The translations under genes and the position numbers were made by a program. Shown here in pieces: positions 14,191-26,630 of a stretch of DNA of 64,000 nt (positions are counted from its first letter, which is position 1; every line of letters begins with the position of its first letter). A model generated the notes under the pieces. It searched no databases. It worked only from the letters and a program-made list of their open reading frames with translations, and was not told where the DNA came from. This stretch comes from Octopus sinensis (taxonomy: Eukaryota), in contig NC_043013.1 in NCBI RefSeq assembly GCF_006345805.1, forward strand, positions 33,666,001-33,730,000. Reading direction: 5' to 3'.

Positions 14191-14441
14191 TATAGCAACG
14201 GTGACGACACGACAATGAAAACAAAATTATAACACGTAGTTATTCAATATCATACGCTTATAGAAATCCGCGATTCTGCAGAATTACGGTTTATATATTA
14301 ATTCATATACAGTAATACGCTGAATCCGTAATGGTCTCATTAGAACACACATCTATTCATTGCACACATACACACACACAAACTTGCACGTATATACATA
14401 CACACACATACACCCACACACCCACAAACACACACAGAGAC

Positions 14442-14478
<37 letters not shown>

Positions 14479-14481
14479 CCT

Positions 14482-15897
14482 TTGATATGGTATCCTTTGA
14501 TGTCATCAACCTCTACACCAACATTCCACACGAGTATGGTATAGAGGCAATTGACTTCTGGCTAGAAAAACACCCAGAGACATTCCCTGACCGCATTAAC
14601 AAGTCTTTTATTACAGAATCTCTTAAGTTCATTCTGACAAACAATTTTTTTCTCTTCGACGACACACACTACCGTCAAAAATGTGGCATTGCGATGGGTA
14701 CCAAGGCTGCACCAGTCCTTGCGAACCTCATAATGGGTTACTTCGAACTGTCACTCTATGAAATATCAAGCCAGAAATTTGGACATGTTTTCCACACCTA
14801 CCTAATGGAAAACAGGAAAAGGTATTTAGATGATTTTTCATCATATGGAAAGAACCTTATGAAAAACTCCTGGAATTCAAAACCATACTAAACAACATAC
14901 ATCCCAACATCCAATTCACTATGGAATTAAGCAAACATATCTCCCATTCCTTGATCTCCTAATTATAAAAACACCTAAGAACCAAATCATAACAGACATC
15001 TACTACAAACCTACAGACTCACAACAATACCTCCTCTTTAGTCATGCCACCCAAAACACACCAAGACAAATATCCCTTTCAATTTAGCTAAAAGGGTATG
15101 CACCATTGTCTCGGATCCAAAAACACGAGAAATACGCCTTCAAGACCTCAAAAAAACACTATTACAACGTCAATATCCCTCCACCCTTATAGAGTATGGA
15201 ATAAAACGCGCCAAAGAACTAGACAACACTACACTGAAAACCACCCAACCTAACACCACACACAACCTCAAAATACTTCCATACATTTCCACCCACAACC
15301 CCAAAAATATCGAAGCATACACCACAATCATACAAAATACAAAACCTCAGTCTACTGTCAACAGACCCCAAAATGAAAAACATTATAAATACACACAACA
15401 ATCCTCAAATGCAAAAGGCACACAAAATCTTAAAAAAAACTCTTGACAAATGCCAAACTTCACACACCACATCACCCCCAACAGTAAAAAAATGTGCACG
15501 CTCAAACTGTGGTACCTGCCCCTTTCTACTTGAAGGCTCTGAATTTACCTTCAAACAAGGTACGAAGTTTAAAATCAAGACTAACTTCTCCTGTTCCTCC
15601 GAGAACCTTATCTACGTTCTCACATGCGCTGGTTGCCAACATAATTATGTTGGACAAACGAGTCTCCCGTTACGTAAACGAGTAACGGTGCATAAAGAAC
15701 AAATAAATCTCCCGGAATACCGACAAATTCCACTGAGTGACCACTTAGACTCATGTGCTAAAGACTTAAACCCCAAATTCTATATATTCCCCTTCTACCA
15801 AAGTAAAGACGGGATCACCACACAGGAGAGAATTAACAAGGAGAATCTCTTTATTGAAAAATTCCAAACACAACTTAATATGCAAACTCCTCGTTGA
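14482..15897 (+). pseudogene. Frameshifted PLE RT/GIY-YIG reading frame
   Basis: Joining ORFs 14331..14891 and 15373..15897 requires frameshifts at about 14835, 14934, 15042 and 15340 or later. Intervening frames read FIIWKEPYEKLLEFKTILNNIHPNIQFTME and CHPKHTKTNIPFNLAKRVCTIVSD. Confidence 0.88.
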
Positions 15898-16525
15898 TCA
15901 AACTTCCTTTCTCTACCTCACTCTTCATTGATGGACTAACACAAATATATAAAGATACCATGCATTCATCACTTCAAGCTAAAACTTATATTCTTTAAAT
16001 ATCATTTTTACTATTGTTGTTATTACTATCATTTTATTATAAATGATATGACAATTTGAAATGCAATTGTCTATGCAGATTTATATTATTAGAAAATAAT
16101 ATAAATAAAGTGTTAAAATCTGAAAGTTAAGTTAACAAGCAAATATAATAAAAAGATAATGCAAATGAAGCCAAAATGATAGTTTTATAATTTGGGTTTT
16201 ATTGAAGACTCAAAAGAGTTGTCTCCCCTTACCCACAACACAGGAACTGAAGAACCAGGACCACAATTACTACTACTTCCTGTCCTGCAACATGCTGATT
16301 TAACAACACAACACATCACATGCTCTTAATCCCTTTGGATCTTAACACCTCAAGGTAATTTTTTGGTAAACAACCATAAAACTCAAGATACACAACGAAC
16401 TCACAATGTATCGGAGAACTTATTTTTTAATTTTTGTACATTTTTATCATTATTCTTTTACAAAAAACAATGCCATTTTCTTTTTTCCCCTTTCTAATTT
16501 TTAAAATAACTTCTTAAAACATAAA

Positions 16526-16566
16526 TATTCTTAACAAGTCATACAATGACGAAAACCGGTTGAATA
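16526..16566 (+). ncRNA. Degenerate minimal hammerhead-like motif at the PLE 3' end
   Basis: tatt-CTTAACA-a-GTCAT aca ATGAC-GAAA-accggtt-g-aata. Stem II is perfect and the palindromic stem III and short stem I are present, but the core is mutated. Confidence 0.45.
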
Positions 16567-16747
16567 AATATATATTTATATATTTTATCATTTTCTCATT
16601 TTATTAAAATTTTCTTTCATTTGAGCATTCTGCATTTTTAAAAACATTTTTCCTTACTTATCATTTCTCCACGTGCGGTCAACACAACCCCACCATTTAT
16701 TGATCTATATATATATATATATATATATAATCACTCACACACACACA

Positions 16748-16960
16748 CGAGGTGGGGTTGAAAAGTTCTTAGCTATGTGTAAACGAAAAACAAGAGGATC
16801 ATTTAATTATGAATCTTTTCAACATATTTCGCTCCCAGATTCACACACTTATTGCTGCAGTCATTCAGTTTTTCTGAGCCTTGTAAAAGAAATCGTAAGG
16901 TTGGGGCTCTAAATAGGCCTTTCATGATAAACTTTAAGGCAGGAACTTTTCAACAACCAT
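16748..16960. mobile_element. Mariner-like MITE (~210 bp)
   Basis: Imperfect inverted ends gttgaaaagttc (about 16757) and gaacttttcaac (about 16943); cgagg-type terminus. Confidence 0.45.
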
Positions 16961-16996
16961 TTGTGTGTGTGTGGTGTGTATACGTGTGTATATGTG

Positions 16997-17030
<34 letters not shown>

Positions 17031-17080
17031 TATATATACATATATATATATCTATATATAATATATTATATATATATCTA

Positions 17081-17114
<34 letters not shown>

Positions 17115-17143
17115 ACTATCTATGCATCTATTTATTTTATATC

Positions 17144-17184
<41 letters not shown>

Positions 17185-17222
17185 TATATATACATATACA
17201 TACATACATGCATGCATACATG

Positions 17223-17260
<38 letters not shown>

Positions 17261-17262
17261 CT

Positions 17263-17588
17263 CTGAGTGAGGTATAAACAGTAGCTGCACGAGATCGTGA
17301 AGTATATTTGTCACTTAAATGTGGGTAACCCTTAAGGGTTGATGCTACTGTAGCTTGTAGCCCCAGGAAGATATCTCCTCCAGCTGGCTACTGACACGCT
17401 TTCTGTGCCGCATGAGTATTTTCAAAGGGAAGTCATCCTTCCCATCTCCAGCCGAACGTGTTACACAGGGATCCGGGTTTCTGATTATTGACCCGTCATC
17501 AGCGTGTGAAAAACCACCGGTTGGCGACGTGAAGTAGTTCCCAATGCAAATATATAAATGTACTTTTTCACTCATATATGAATGCACG

Positions 17589-17590
<2 letters not shown>
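17263..17590 (-). mobile_element. Short non-coding unit between two (TA)n arrays carrying a hammerhead-like motif (retrozyme-like)
   Basis: GC-richer ~320 bp island flanked by (TA)n on both sides; contains the motif at 17461-17510. Confidence 0.5.
17461..17510 (-). ncRNA. Type-I minimal hammerhead ribozyme-like motif
   Basis: Minus strand ttcacacg-CTGATGA-c-gggt caata atca-GAAAC-ccgg-ATC-cctgtgtaa. Core and NUH triplet are intact; stem I pairs 7 of 9 positions; stems II and III carry one mismatch each. Confidence 0.6.
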
Positions 17591-17681
<91 letters not shown>

Positions 17682-17754
17682 TATATACATATACATATAC
17701 ATATAATATATAAACATGTATGAATGAATATATGTATATATATATGTAGGTAAG

Positions 17755-17824
<70 letters not shown>

Positions 17825-18129
17825 CTTGTAACTACAAATGCTGTATACACACATCTACAAGGACAGGGTCTATGCGTGTGTTTGTGTGTGTGTGATGTAG
17901 TTTCGGGTATCCAGACTAATAACAAAATGGACTAAACATCGAACTGAACTAAACGCAATCTCTCTCTCTCTCTCTCTCGTTCTTGCTCTCCGAAACATGT
18001 ACATACAGGCATACATACATACATACACTATTTGAAAATCACTTTCACACACGTGAATAATAACTTAAACACATACACACACGCATGCAAATGTACACAC
18101 ACACACACATACATACACACACACACACA

Positions 18130-18178
<49 letters not shown>

Positions 18179-18904
18179 ACACACATAGTATTCAGAATCC
18201 CACAAATTTAGTTAATCGCAGACACAATCATAGTTTCACGTAGCATATAACACGCACTTTCGAATCATTATTCGCGCATACACATTCACACACACACACG
18301 TACACACACACACACACACACATACGCTCGCACGCGCGCATGCATACATATACACAGACTTTAAGCACATACGCTCATATCGATTCAATAGCTTGGCACA
18401 ATCAATACCGCTTTAAATCAGCTTTAGTAACATGTAATTTGAATAAAATGAACAACTACAAAAAAATAAATAAATAAAATAAATAAGAATAAAAACAATA
18501 ATAATAATAAGCAACTGAAATAAAGAAAAAGAAAAGCACAAACTGAAAAAAAAATGAGCAAAGCAAAAATAGTACAAAGTATCTTGTAAAAAATGTAAAA
18601 ATTTTAAAACTACATTTTTAAAAAAATATTCAAAATTCAACTATAACAACAAAAATCAGAACCTCGACAACAACAAAATTGAAGTAGATCGATCAAGACA
18701 GACTGTATTTTTTTATTAAAAAAATTAGTTGGTAATTATTTTATTTTATGCTTTGAAGTTTGTTTTTCTTTTTTAAAATGCGGCCGATAGATGGCGTGAG
18801 GGGTGTATGAATGGCGGTGATAGCGGTTGTAACAGATTGTCGGCAACATGGCGTAACCTTTTCTGTGTATGCACGCGCGTATGTGTGTGCATGCGTGCGT
18901 GCGA

Positions 18905-18939
<35 letters not shown>

Positions 18940-19047
18940 CGTGGACTGATTGCTTTGTTAATTTTAATGCAACATTCCTAAGAATCGCTTGATTTAGTTG
19001 CTGTCGCAATTGATTCTTTTCTATTTATTTTTTTGCTTTATTATTAC

Positions 19048-19111
<64 letters not shown>

Positions 19112-19115
19112 GTTA

Positions 19116-19162
<47 letters not shown>

Positions 19163-19569
19163 GAGATTGAAAGAAATAAAACGCAAGTACTTTCCTCTTC
19201 CCTCACCCAGACCCCAAGTTTTCCAGGCACGACTTGGGGAGGATTGTAAGGACAGAGATGGCAGGGCTGTCCACTAAGAAATTTGCTGATAGTTGTTTAA
19301 GAGTGTTTAGAATTGTCATAATGAATGGGACAACTCTCTGTAGGTTTCTTTATTTCCTTTCGTCTATAGCAATGACCTCAACCATTTTTTTTATATATCT
19401 GGACGCTTTTGTTTACTGTTTTATTCTGGTGAACCACTTTAGCCATTCGATGCTTAAAAACTAATTTTATAGACATTTTCTGTTTTGTCATTCACACACA
19501 CTCACTTGTATATGTTTAAAGGAATCTAACTATTTCTTGCAATACCTATGTTTAAATCAAAATATTTCA

Positions 19570-19800
19570 TTGACTCTTAAGGTAATATTGCAGATTCATA
19601 ATCCGTGGAGCGCAGAAATCTTTAATGGACCTCCGGAAGTCATAAGGACTTCGGTCGAGAGTCAGTGGTCTAGAAGTAGTGTAGGGTTCATGATCCTTCA
19701 CATAACCGATAAAGCAAATATGTGTCAAGGAGAGGGTGTCCTCAATCATGGATTTAACCCGAATTCTTACTATAGAATGAACTCCATTAAAGACAACCAA
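19570..19800 (-). pseudogene. Possible highly decayed CR1/L2-type RT fragment
   Basis: VVFNGVHS...VKS...FIGYVKD loosely resembles VVLNG..S...VKSGVPQG...LF..YVND. Confidence 0.3.
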
Positions 19801-19974
19801 GATGTCTGGTAGTAAATGTATTTAAGGCGATGGATCAACTCTATCATCCGAGTAGGCCATGGCGGGATTTGAATTCAGAACACAGAGTCGGAACACATGC
19901 GGCAAACCATTCAAACTGATCATTTTACTCTTACACCCAGCCAACACTTCTGGATTAAATATATATTTTTTTGT

Positions 19975-20125
19975 GTGTGTATGGGGGAGGGGTATGTAGC
20001 TTGCTTACCAACCACATGGTTCCGGGTTCAGTCCCACTGCGTGGCACCTTGGGCAAGTGTCTTCTACTATAACCTTGGGCCGACCAAAGCCCTGTGAGTA
20101 GATTTGGTAGATTGAAATTGAAAGA
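19975..20125 (+). mobile_element. SINE family B fragment
   Basis: tagcttgcttaccaaccacatggttccgggttcagtcccactgcgtggcaccttgggcaagtg. Confidence 0.85.
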
Positions 20126-20300
20126 AGTAAAAAAGAGTATATATATATATATATATATATGATATATGAATATATGCATATATTCATACATATATGTACA
20201 TACCTACATATATATGTATATATACATGCATATATGGGTACAAGACATCAAAAAAGAAAACGTTGAACACAATGAGAAACGAAAACATACGAACAAAAAT

Positions 20301-20612
20301 ATAGAATTTTCTTCTGCTAGAGAAGCCCATCCTGCTCAAAAGATCCCTGAATAAGGATTGTTTAAGGATGTTGGACGAACCACCCATATTTCCAGTGTTG
20401 AATTATCCAAACCTCCAAGAAATCCTTTCAACACACAGTTATGATTCTCCCCCACTACTTCTGCTTGTGGTCAGAGATTCACATATCGTCAGCCACTAAG
20501 GGACATGGTCAACTGGTTACGGTCAAACAACTGACAAGCAAATGTGTGGTATTAAGCAGAATATTTGCTGTAGCCCATTTTTATATCAAGAAAAAACAAT
20601 GTACATCATGGT
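20301..20612 (-). mobile_element. Partial copy of the non-coding (AAT)n-associated repeat at 57290-57840
   Basis: The reverse complement aligns by eye to 57325-57630; it abuts (TTA/TTG)n. Confidence 0.8.
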
Positions 20613-20701
20613 TTTTATTATTATTATTGTTGTTGTTGTTGTTATTATTATTGTTATTATTATTATTATTGTTATTATTATTGTTGTTGTTGTTGTTGTT
20701 G

Positions 20702-20738
<37 letters not shown>

Positions 20739-20749
20739 CACTACTACTA

Positions 20750-20833
20750 CAGTAATCCCTTGACTATCACGGGTGTTACGTTCCAAAACCCCTCGCGATA
20801 GGTGAAAATCCACGAATTAGAAACAGTACTGTA
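20750..20833 (+). mobile_element. Tigger/pogo-like terminal fragment
   Basis: TA followed by cagtaatcccttgactatcacggg...cgcgataggtgaaaatcc, a CAGT-type terminus. Confidence 0.4.
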
Positions 20834-20964
20834 CTGTATATTTTATTATCATTATTATTATTATTATCATTATTATTATTATTGTTGTTGTCGTCGTTGT
20901 TGTTGTTGTTGCTGCTGCTGCTGCTGTTGTTGTTGTAATTGTTGTTATTATTATCATTTATTGC

Positions 20965-21277
20965 CTTTGCACGACTTCTAAAGCTGGAGATATACTACGG
21001 TGTCCGCTGTTCACTACCACTGAGCTAAGGTAACACCCCTTACTTTTCGAGCACCTTGCGGAATATTCGGGGGGATCCAAGCATTGCTGTTTTCTGCAAG
21101 TGCTCCACCCTTATTGCAGGCCCTATTTGTTCTACGTACTCCTCGAAATCTTTACTCACTGTTCCCATTATTGGTACTACTGCTTAACTTCCCAAGCTAA
21201 CCTATCATATCTCTCGACTTTTCTTTCTTCATTATCGCATACCTTGTTATTTGCTGGGCACGCTATATCTATGATCT
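20965..21277 (-). mobile_element. R4/Dong-like RLE LINE 3' fragment
   Basis: Minus strand IIDIACPANNKVCDNEERKVERYDRLAWEVKQ. Same family as 56320-57010; flanked by AAT-type repeats. Confidence 0.85.
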
Positions 21278-21293
21278 ATTATTATTATTATTA

Positions 21294-21372
<79 letters not shown>

Positions 21373-22779
21373 CATTATTATCATTATTATTATCATTATT
21401 ATCATTATTATTATTATTATTATTATTTTATAATGCTTAGCCTCATTTCGTCCGGTTTTACGTTCTGAGCAGAAATTCTGCCGAGATCAGCTCTGCTTTT
21501 TATCTTTGCGTGAGAGATGAAATCAGCGCCAGTTGTATACTAGGCTCAATGTAATCGACTCTCCACTCCGAATTTCAGGCCTTGTGCATATATTAGAAAG
21601 TAGAAAGTATTGCTTTCTGAATCCGAAACCCCACCAAGATCAAATTAAGCTTTTAGCTTGAAGAAATTTTCCTCGCACTTTCTTTCCAGCTTCAGAGACC
21701 CTCAAAAAGTTCATAATTATTACCTTCGTTCCCCATTAAGAATTTTAAAAAATATTGTTTTTATCTCAATTTTATGATATCTATTAATGAAATAACACCA
21801 CCGGCTAAAGATGATCGACAGAATAAGCTCCGCTTTTGGCTATGCAACCGAATCTGTCCGAGACGTACACTGATTGAAAAGACCGTTCAAAACACATTCA
21901 TTTAGAGTTCGTACAATGCTAATTTGTGGGTTAATGTCGAACAGCTGTTACCGCGTCGGAAACAAATCTGGCTTGGTGCCAAGCCAATAGAGATGATTGG
22001 TATACTGGTATCCTTTGGCATGGAAGAGAGGGTAACAAAATATCGGTTATATATCTGATTTAAACTGAGTTATATACACTCATTGTTATTCTCGCTGTCA
22101 GAAATGCAATGAACCACTAATTAATCAGTTGGAAACCTGTAACGAAAGACGCCATGGTTCATCAATTGTGATCTAAAATAAATATATAATAAATAAATTC
22201 ATGTCGCTCGAGAAGTGCTCAAATGACAAACACTTAAGTCGACTCTCACCAGATATATTGTAATTGATGCAGCAATCAAGTTATTTTCATCCGTTCATAT
22301 GCCATCACTGGCGTTCGAATGTTAGACCTAAGATCTCAGGCATTTAGCTTGCAGTTTTTCGTTTTACTTATCCTCATTTAAGTAGAAAAGACGAACATAA
22401 AATGTAGGTAACCGCAGCTTTGTACCAAACGGCGTGTAGTAATTACAGCTGCGATGAAATCGTCAAGAACGGGCAAAGGTAAGGCCATGATGGAGACGTT
22501 AAGAACTTGCTGTTATTCTTCAGATTGTCACCGTCCACTACTTACGGGAAGGTGAGGATGGAGAGAAATAAGCAAGACAGGTTCTTCGCCGAAACTCGGA
22601 AGACAACCTCGAATTCCAATACTCACCATTACCGACACTACTATCACATCAATGCCTTTTTGAATATTAACTGCCGCTATAAATCCAACACAGCCGACCG
22701 AATTAATATTCCCAGTACTGTTTATACCATCGCTAATAACATTATTACCAAATTACAACCACACGACTTTCGTCACCGT

Positions 22780-24658
22780 CACCACCACCACCACAACCCC
22801 AGCAACAGCACCACCACCACCACAACCATCACAGCCGCCACCAGCACACCCATCACAACCACCACCATTACCAGCACTAGCACCGTCACCACAAACCATC
22901 ACCACCATTACCATCACCACCACTACCACCACAATTACCATCACCACAAACCACTACCACTACAATCACCACAAACCACCACCACCACCACCACCACCAT
23001 CACCACACACTACCACCACCACAACAACAACCATCACAACTGTCAACACCACCACCATTGTCACAACATCATCATCACCACAGCTGTCACCATCACTCTT
23101 CCATACTTCTGTAAACCACCAGTATTATTTCAGTCACCGGTCTCAATCCTCTATGCTCCCTTCTCTCTTTCACTCTCTCTCTCTCTCTCTTTCACTCTTT
23201 CACTCTTTCACTCTTTCTTTCTTTCATTCTTTCTTTCTTTCTTTCTTTCTCTTTCTCTCTCTCTCTCTCATCCTCACTCACACACACTCCTTCGCACACA
23301 CTATAAATAACATGACTATGCATGTCACCACGGCCATACCAGTATAATATGAAGAGTCACTATCACAAGCATACCCCCCCACACACACATAGCACGCACA
23401 CGCATGCACATAAGCACACAGGCATATACACACACACACACACACATTATCATCAACATAACAGGTCGCTTCAGCCGGCAACAATCGACGCAAGTTACTT
23501 CCACTCCACTAAACTGAGACTATACCACTGTCATCACTAACAACTACACTACATCATCCATAAAACAATCCCAAGATTACCAGCACTACCAGCACCGCCA
23601 CTGCCACCATCAACACTTCTACCGCTAGCACCACCACCACTACCACCACCACCACCACCACCACCACCACTACAGCCATCACTACCACCATCACTACCAC
23701 CACTACCACGATCAACACCACAACTACCACCATCAACACTACCACCACACCACCACCACCACCACCACCACTACAGCCATCACTACCACCATCACTACCA
23801 CCACTACCACGATCAACACCACAACTACCACCATCAACACTACCACCACCACCACCACCACTACCACCACCACTAGCCTCACCACCACTGCCACCACTAG
23901 CACCGCTACCACCACTACTACTACCACTACAACCATTAACACTACCACCACTAGCACCACCACTACCGCCACCACCAGCACCACTACCACCAACACCATC
24001 ACCAATATCCCCAGCATCACTGCCACCATCAACACTACCACCACTAGCACCACCACTACCGCCACCACCAGCACCACTACCACCAACACCATCACCAATA
24101 TCCCCAGCATCACTGCCACCATCAACACTACCACCATTAGCACCACCACCACTAGCACCACCACCAATAACAACAACAACAACACTACTACCACACCCAA
24201 CAACAACAACACTACCACCACCACTACCACCACTACCATCACCGCTACTACCAAATAAATTAATCGTCTCCTGTATCACAACTCCGCCACCATTATCACC
24301 CTCTGAACCCCCCTCCCCTCCATCAAACCCAACATCGTGCCATCAACCCCCTCACTTGCTAACACCACCACCACCACCACCACAACAACAACAGCAACCC
24401 ATAGAGCGGCCACTATCATCGCAGCCATCAATACACACCACAAGCTAACATGACCAACGCCAATCAGCACTAATCAAGAACTGCAACGATCACGATCGCC
24501 ATTGCCATCATCATCATCATCATCATCAGCAGCAGCATCATCATCATCATCATCATCATCATTATCATCATCATCATCATCATCATCATCACCACCACCA
24601 CCACCATCACCATCATCATCATCATCCTCATCATCATCACCACCACCACCACCATCAC

Positions 24659-24717
<59 letters not shown>

Positions 24718-24765
24718 ACATCATCCTCATCATCATCCTCATCATCATCATCATCATCATCAAGT
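22780..24765. repeat. ACC/CAT-rich low-complexity region with internal ~87-96 bp tandem units and (CAT)n
   Basis: For example ...accatcaccaatatccccagcatcactgccaccatc occurs twice (about 23995 and 24090); (CAT)n spans 24500-24765. Confidence 0.9.
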
Positions 24766-26519
24766 TAGCATCATCTCATCACAAATCCCACTAACGAACT
24801 CACCGCTAATGCCACCATTCCCACCACTACCACCGCCAGTATCGCAGTCCTCCATCACGGCAGTCGCCACCGTCAAGGCCACCAGCATTCACTGCACTGC
24901 GACCAATATCAACCTAACGATCAGACAACCACCTTTTAACCACACATACACACATCGATACCATTGTTTCGCTTTGCCCTCCCTGAAGCGTGGGGGCTGT
25001 CTGTCACTCACTCACTCTGTCACCATTAACATCCATCTTCGCTGATTATTATATGCTTTGAGTGAACGAAATAAAGATGACGAGGGTCGATCGGTCGGTC
25101 GGTCGGTCGGTTGGTTGGTCGGTCGGTCGGTTGGTCGAACGGAAACGGAAACAGGCAGAGGTGACATGATGGCGTGGTGACGTTCGGCGGTGAGATTAGA
25201 GAGGAGGAGGACGACGAGGAGGAAGAGGAGGAGGAAAGAGATCTTTTGACGCTTTCTCACATCTGTTGTGAGTCGTTTACAAAATAATAAATGAAAAGTC
25301 GCTTTTTAATCCGCGAACTAAAGTAAAACTGTAAAATGTGGCGGTGGCGGCGGTGATGGTGTAGATGATTTGGGTGGTAGTATTCTGTTTGAATAAAGAG
25401 AGGAAGAGAGAGGGGGTGAGAGAGAAAGAAAGAAAGGAGAGACAGTAAGAGAAAAAGAAAGAAAGAAAGAGGAGAAAACAAAAAGAAGTTAATCCTTCTC
25501 TCACTAAGTCCTTTTCTTTTCTCCTACTCATCTCTCTTTCTCTTTCTATCTTACCCTTGCCTGTCTAATTTTCTCGTTCTCTATCTTTCCTTCTTGTCCC
25601 GTTGTCTTTTCTTATCTACATCTCGTTTATTCCATTAAAATTTTAAAAAAAACAAGAAAATGAAAAGAGAACAGTCGAAAAGCAATAAGGGCCATTGTTT
25701 GGTAGGTGGAGAATGTTATTGTTGCTGATGATATTGATAAACTGGTATAATTACTATGGCATGACTACGCTCGTAATGCACAGTTGTGCTGGTTTGGTAG
25801 ACATGGTCTACTGATCCGATTGAAAATCATGATAATGAAGAATCGGGTGAAGTTTGGTACAAGAATCCACATTCGGAGAAAATCTGTTCCAACCCATTTT
25901 TTAAAAGATTTTGGGTGGGTGGAATGAAAAAAAAGAAGAAAAAAAAGAAATAATCTAGGAGAGATTACTAGACTGTTATGCCAGGGAATATTCAAAAATT
26001 AACAGGGAAATATCTGATCCGAAATAGAGAAGTCAAGAAAGCTTACAGAATTTCTGTTGTGTTCTTCATCAATTGAGAGCTTTGTCTTCAGAATCAGAAT
26101 TCATAACGTGAAGACAAACAAAATGCCAGTTAGGATTTTAGATTTTATTCGGCATACGACAAAACGCTTAGCGTGATTTCTTCCAGTTTTACGTTTTTTA
26201 GTTCAAATCCTACAGTGCAATAATAACAAGCGAGAAGAGCAACACGCCTGATTTACATTCATTTACATCATTTAGTTGCACGCTAGTGTGAGGTTACAGA
26301 TTAGTTCATCTGTATAGGTTGTACACTTTTGAAAAAGCGAATCCTAAGACAATGAAATTTGCCTTAAACTGGAAAAGGAGAATTCGGTGTAGAGCTGGTT
26401 TGATATTAATGCACCGATACAGGTCAGTATATGTAATGTTCGTTGATAGGCGTATGAGGTATGTGTAGTGTATGTCACCTAAAATATTAAAAAGGTTCTA
26501 TCAATGCTGCCTACCAGAA

Positions 26520-26630
26520 TTTTTATCATAAAATGAACTTCATTTACATCAAACACAGGAGTTCATCAGGGATGTCACATTCTGGGCATAGAAAGGATTT
26601 TGTTCAAGTGTCGTCTCAAATGACACTTGA
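26520..26630 (+). pseudogene. Possible decayed RTE-like RT remnant
   Basis: TSFTSNTGVHQGCHIL resembles the GVRQGC motif; the context is degraded. Confidence 0.3.

Larger units (their letters stand above)
14479..16570 (+). mobile_element. Penelope-like retroelement, 5'-truncated (RT plus GIY-YIG endonuclease plus 3' region)
   Basis: RT motifs SFDVINLYTNIP, GIAMGTKAAPVLANLIMG, RYLDD, LPFLD, YYKPTD and CHPKH; zinc motif C-x4-C-x2-C; GIY-YIG NLIYVLTCAGCQHNYVGQT...R...H. ORF stop at 15897. The element begins directly after (TA)n. Confidence 0.93.

Noticed and set aside
14305-14352. Minus-strand ctaatgagacc...ggattcagcgt hammerhead-like string upstream of the PLE
   Set aside because: No GAAA and poor stems.
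22440-22630. Cluster of strong-looking splice sites suggesting 28-30 nt micro-exons
   Set aside because: The implied 45-nt intron is too short, the peptides are unrecognisable, and sites occur on both strands.
22507-24279. Long ORFs 22507..23310 (+) and 23554..24279 (-) that look like mucin or Gly-rich proteins
   Set aside because: They are translations of ACC/CAT microsatellites that are open in several frames, with no domain or splice support.
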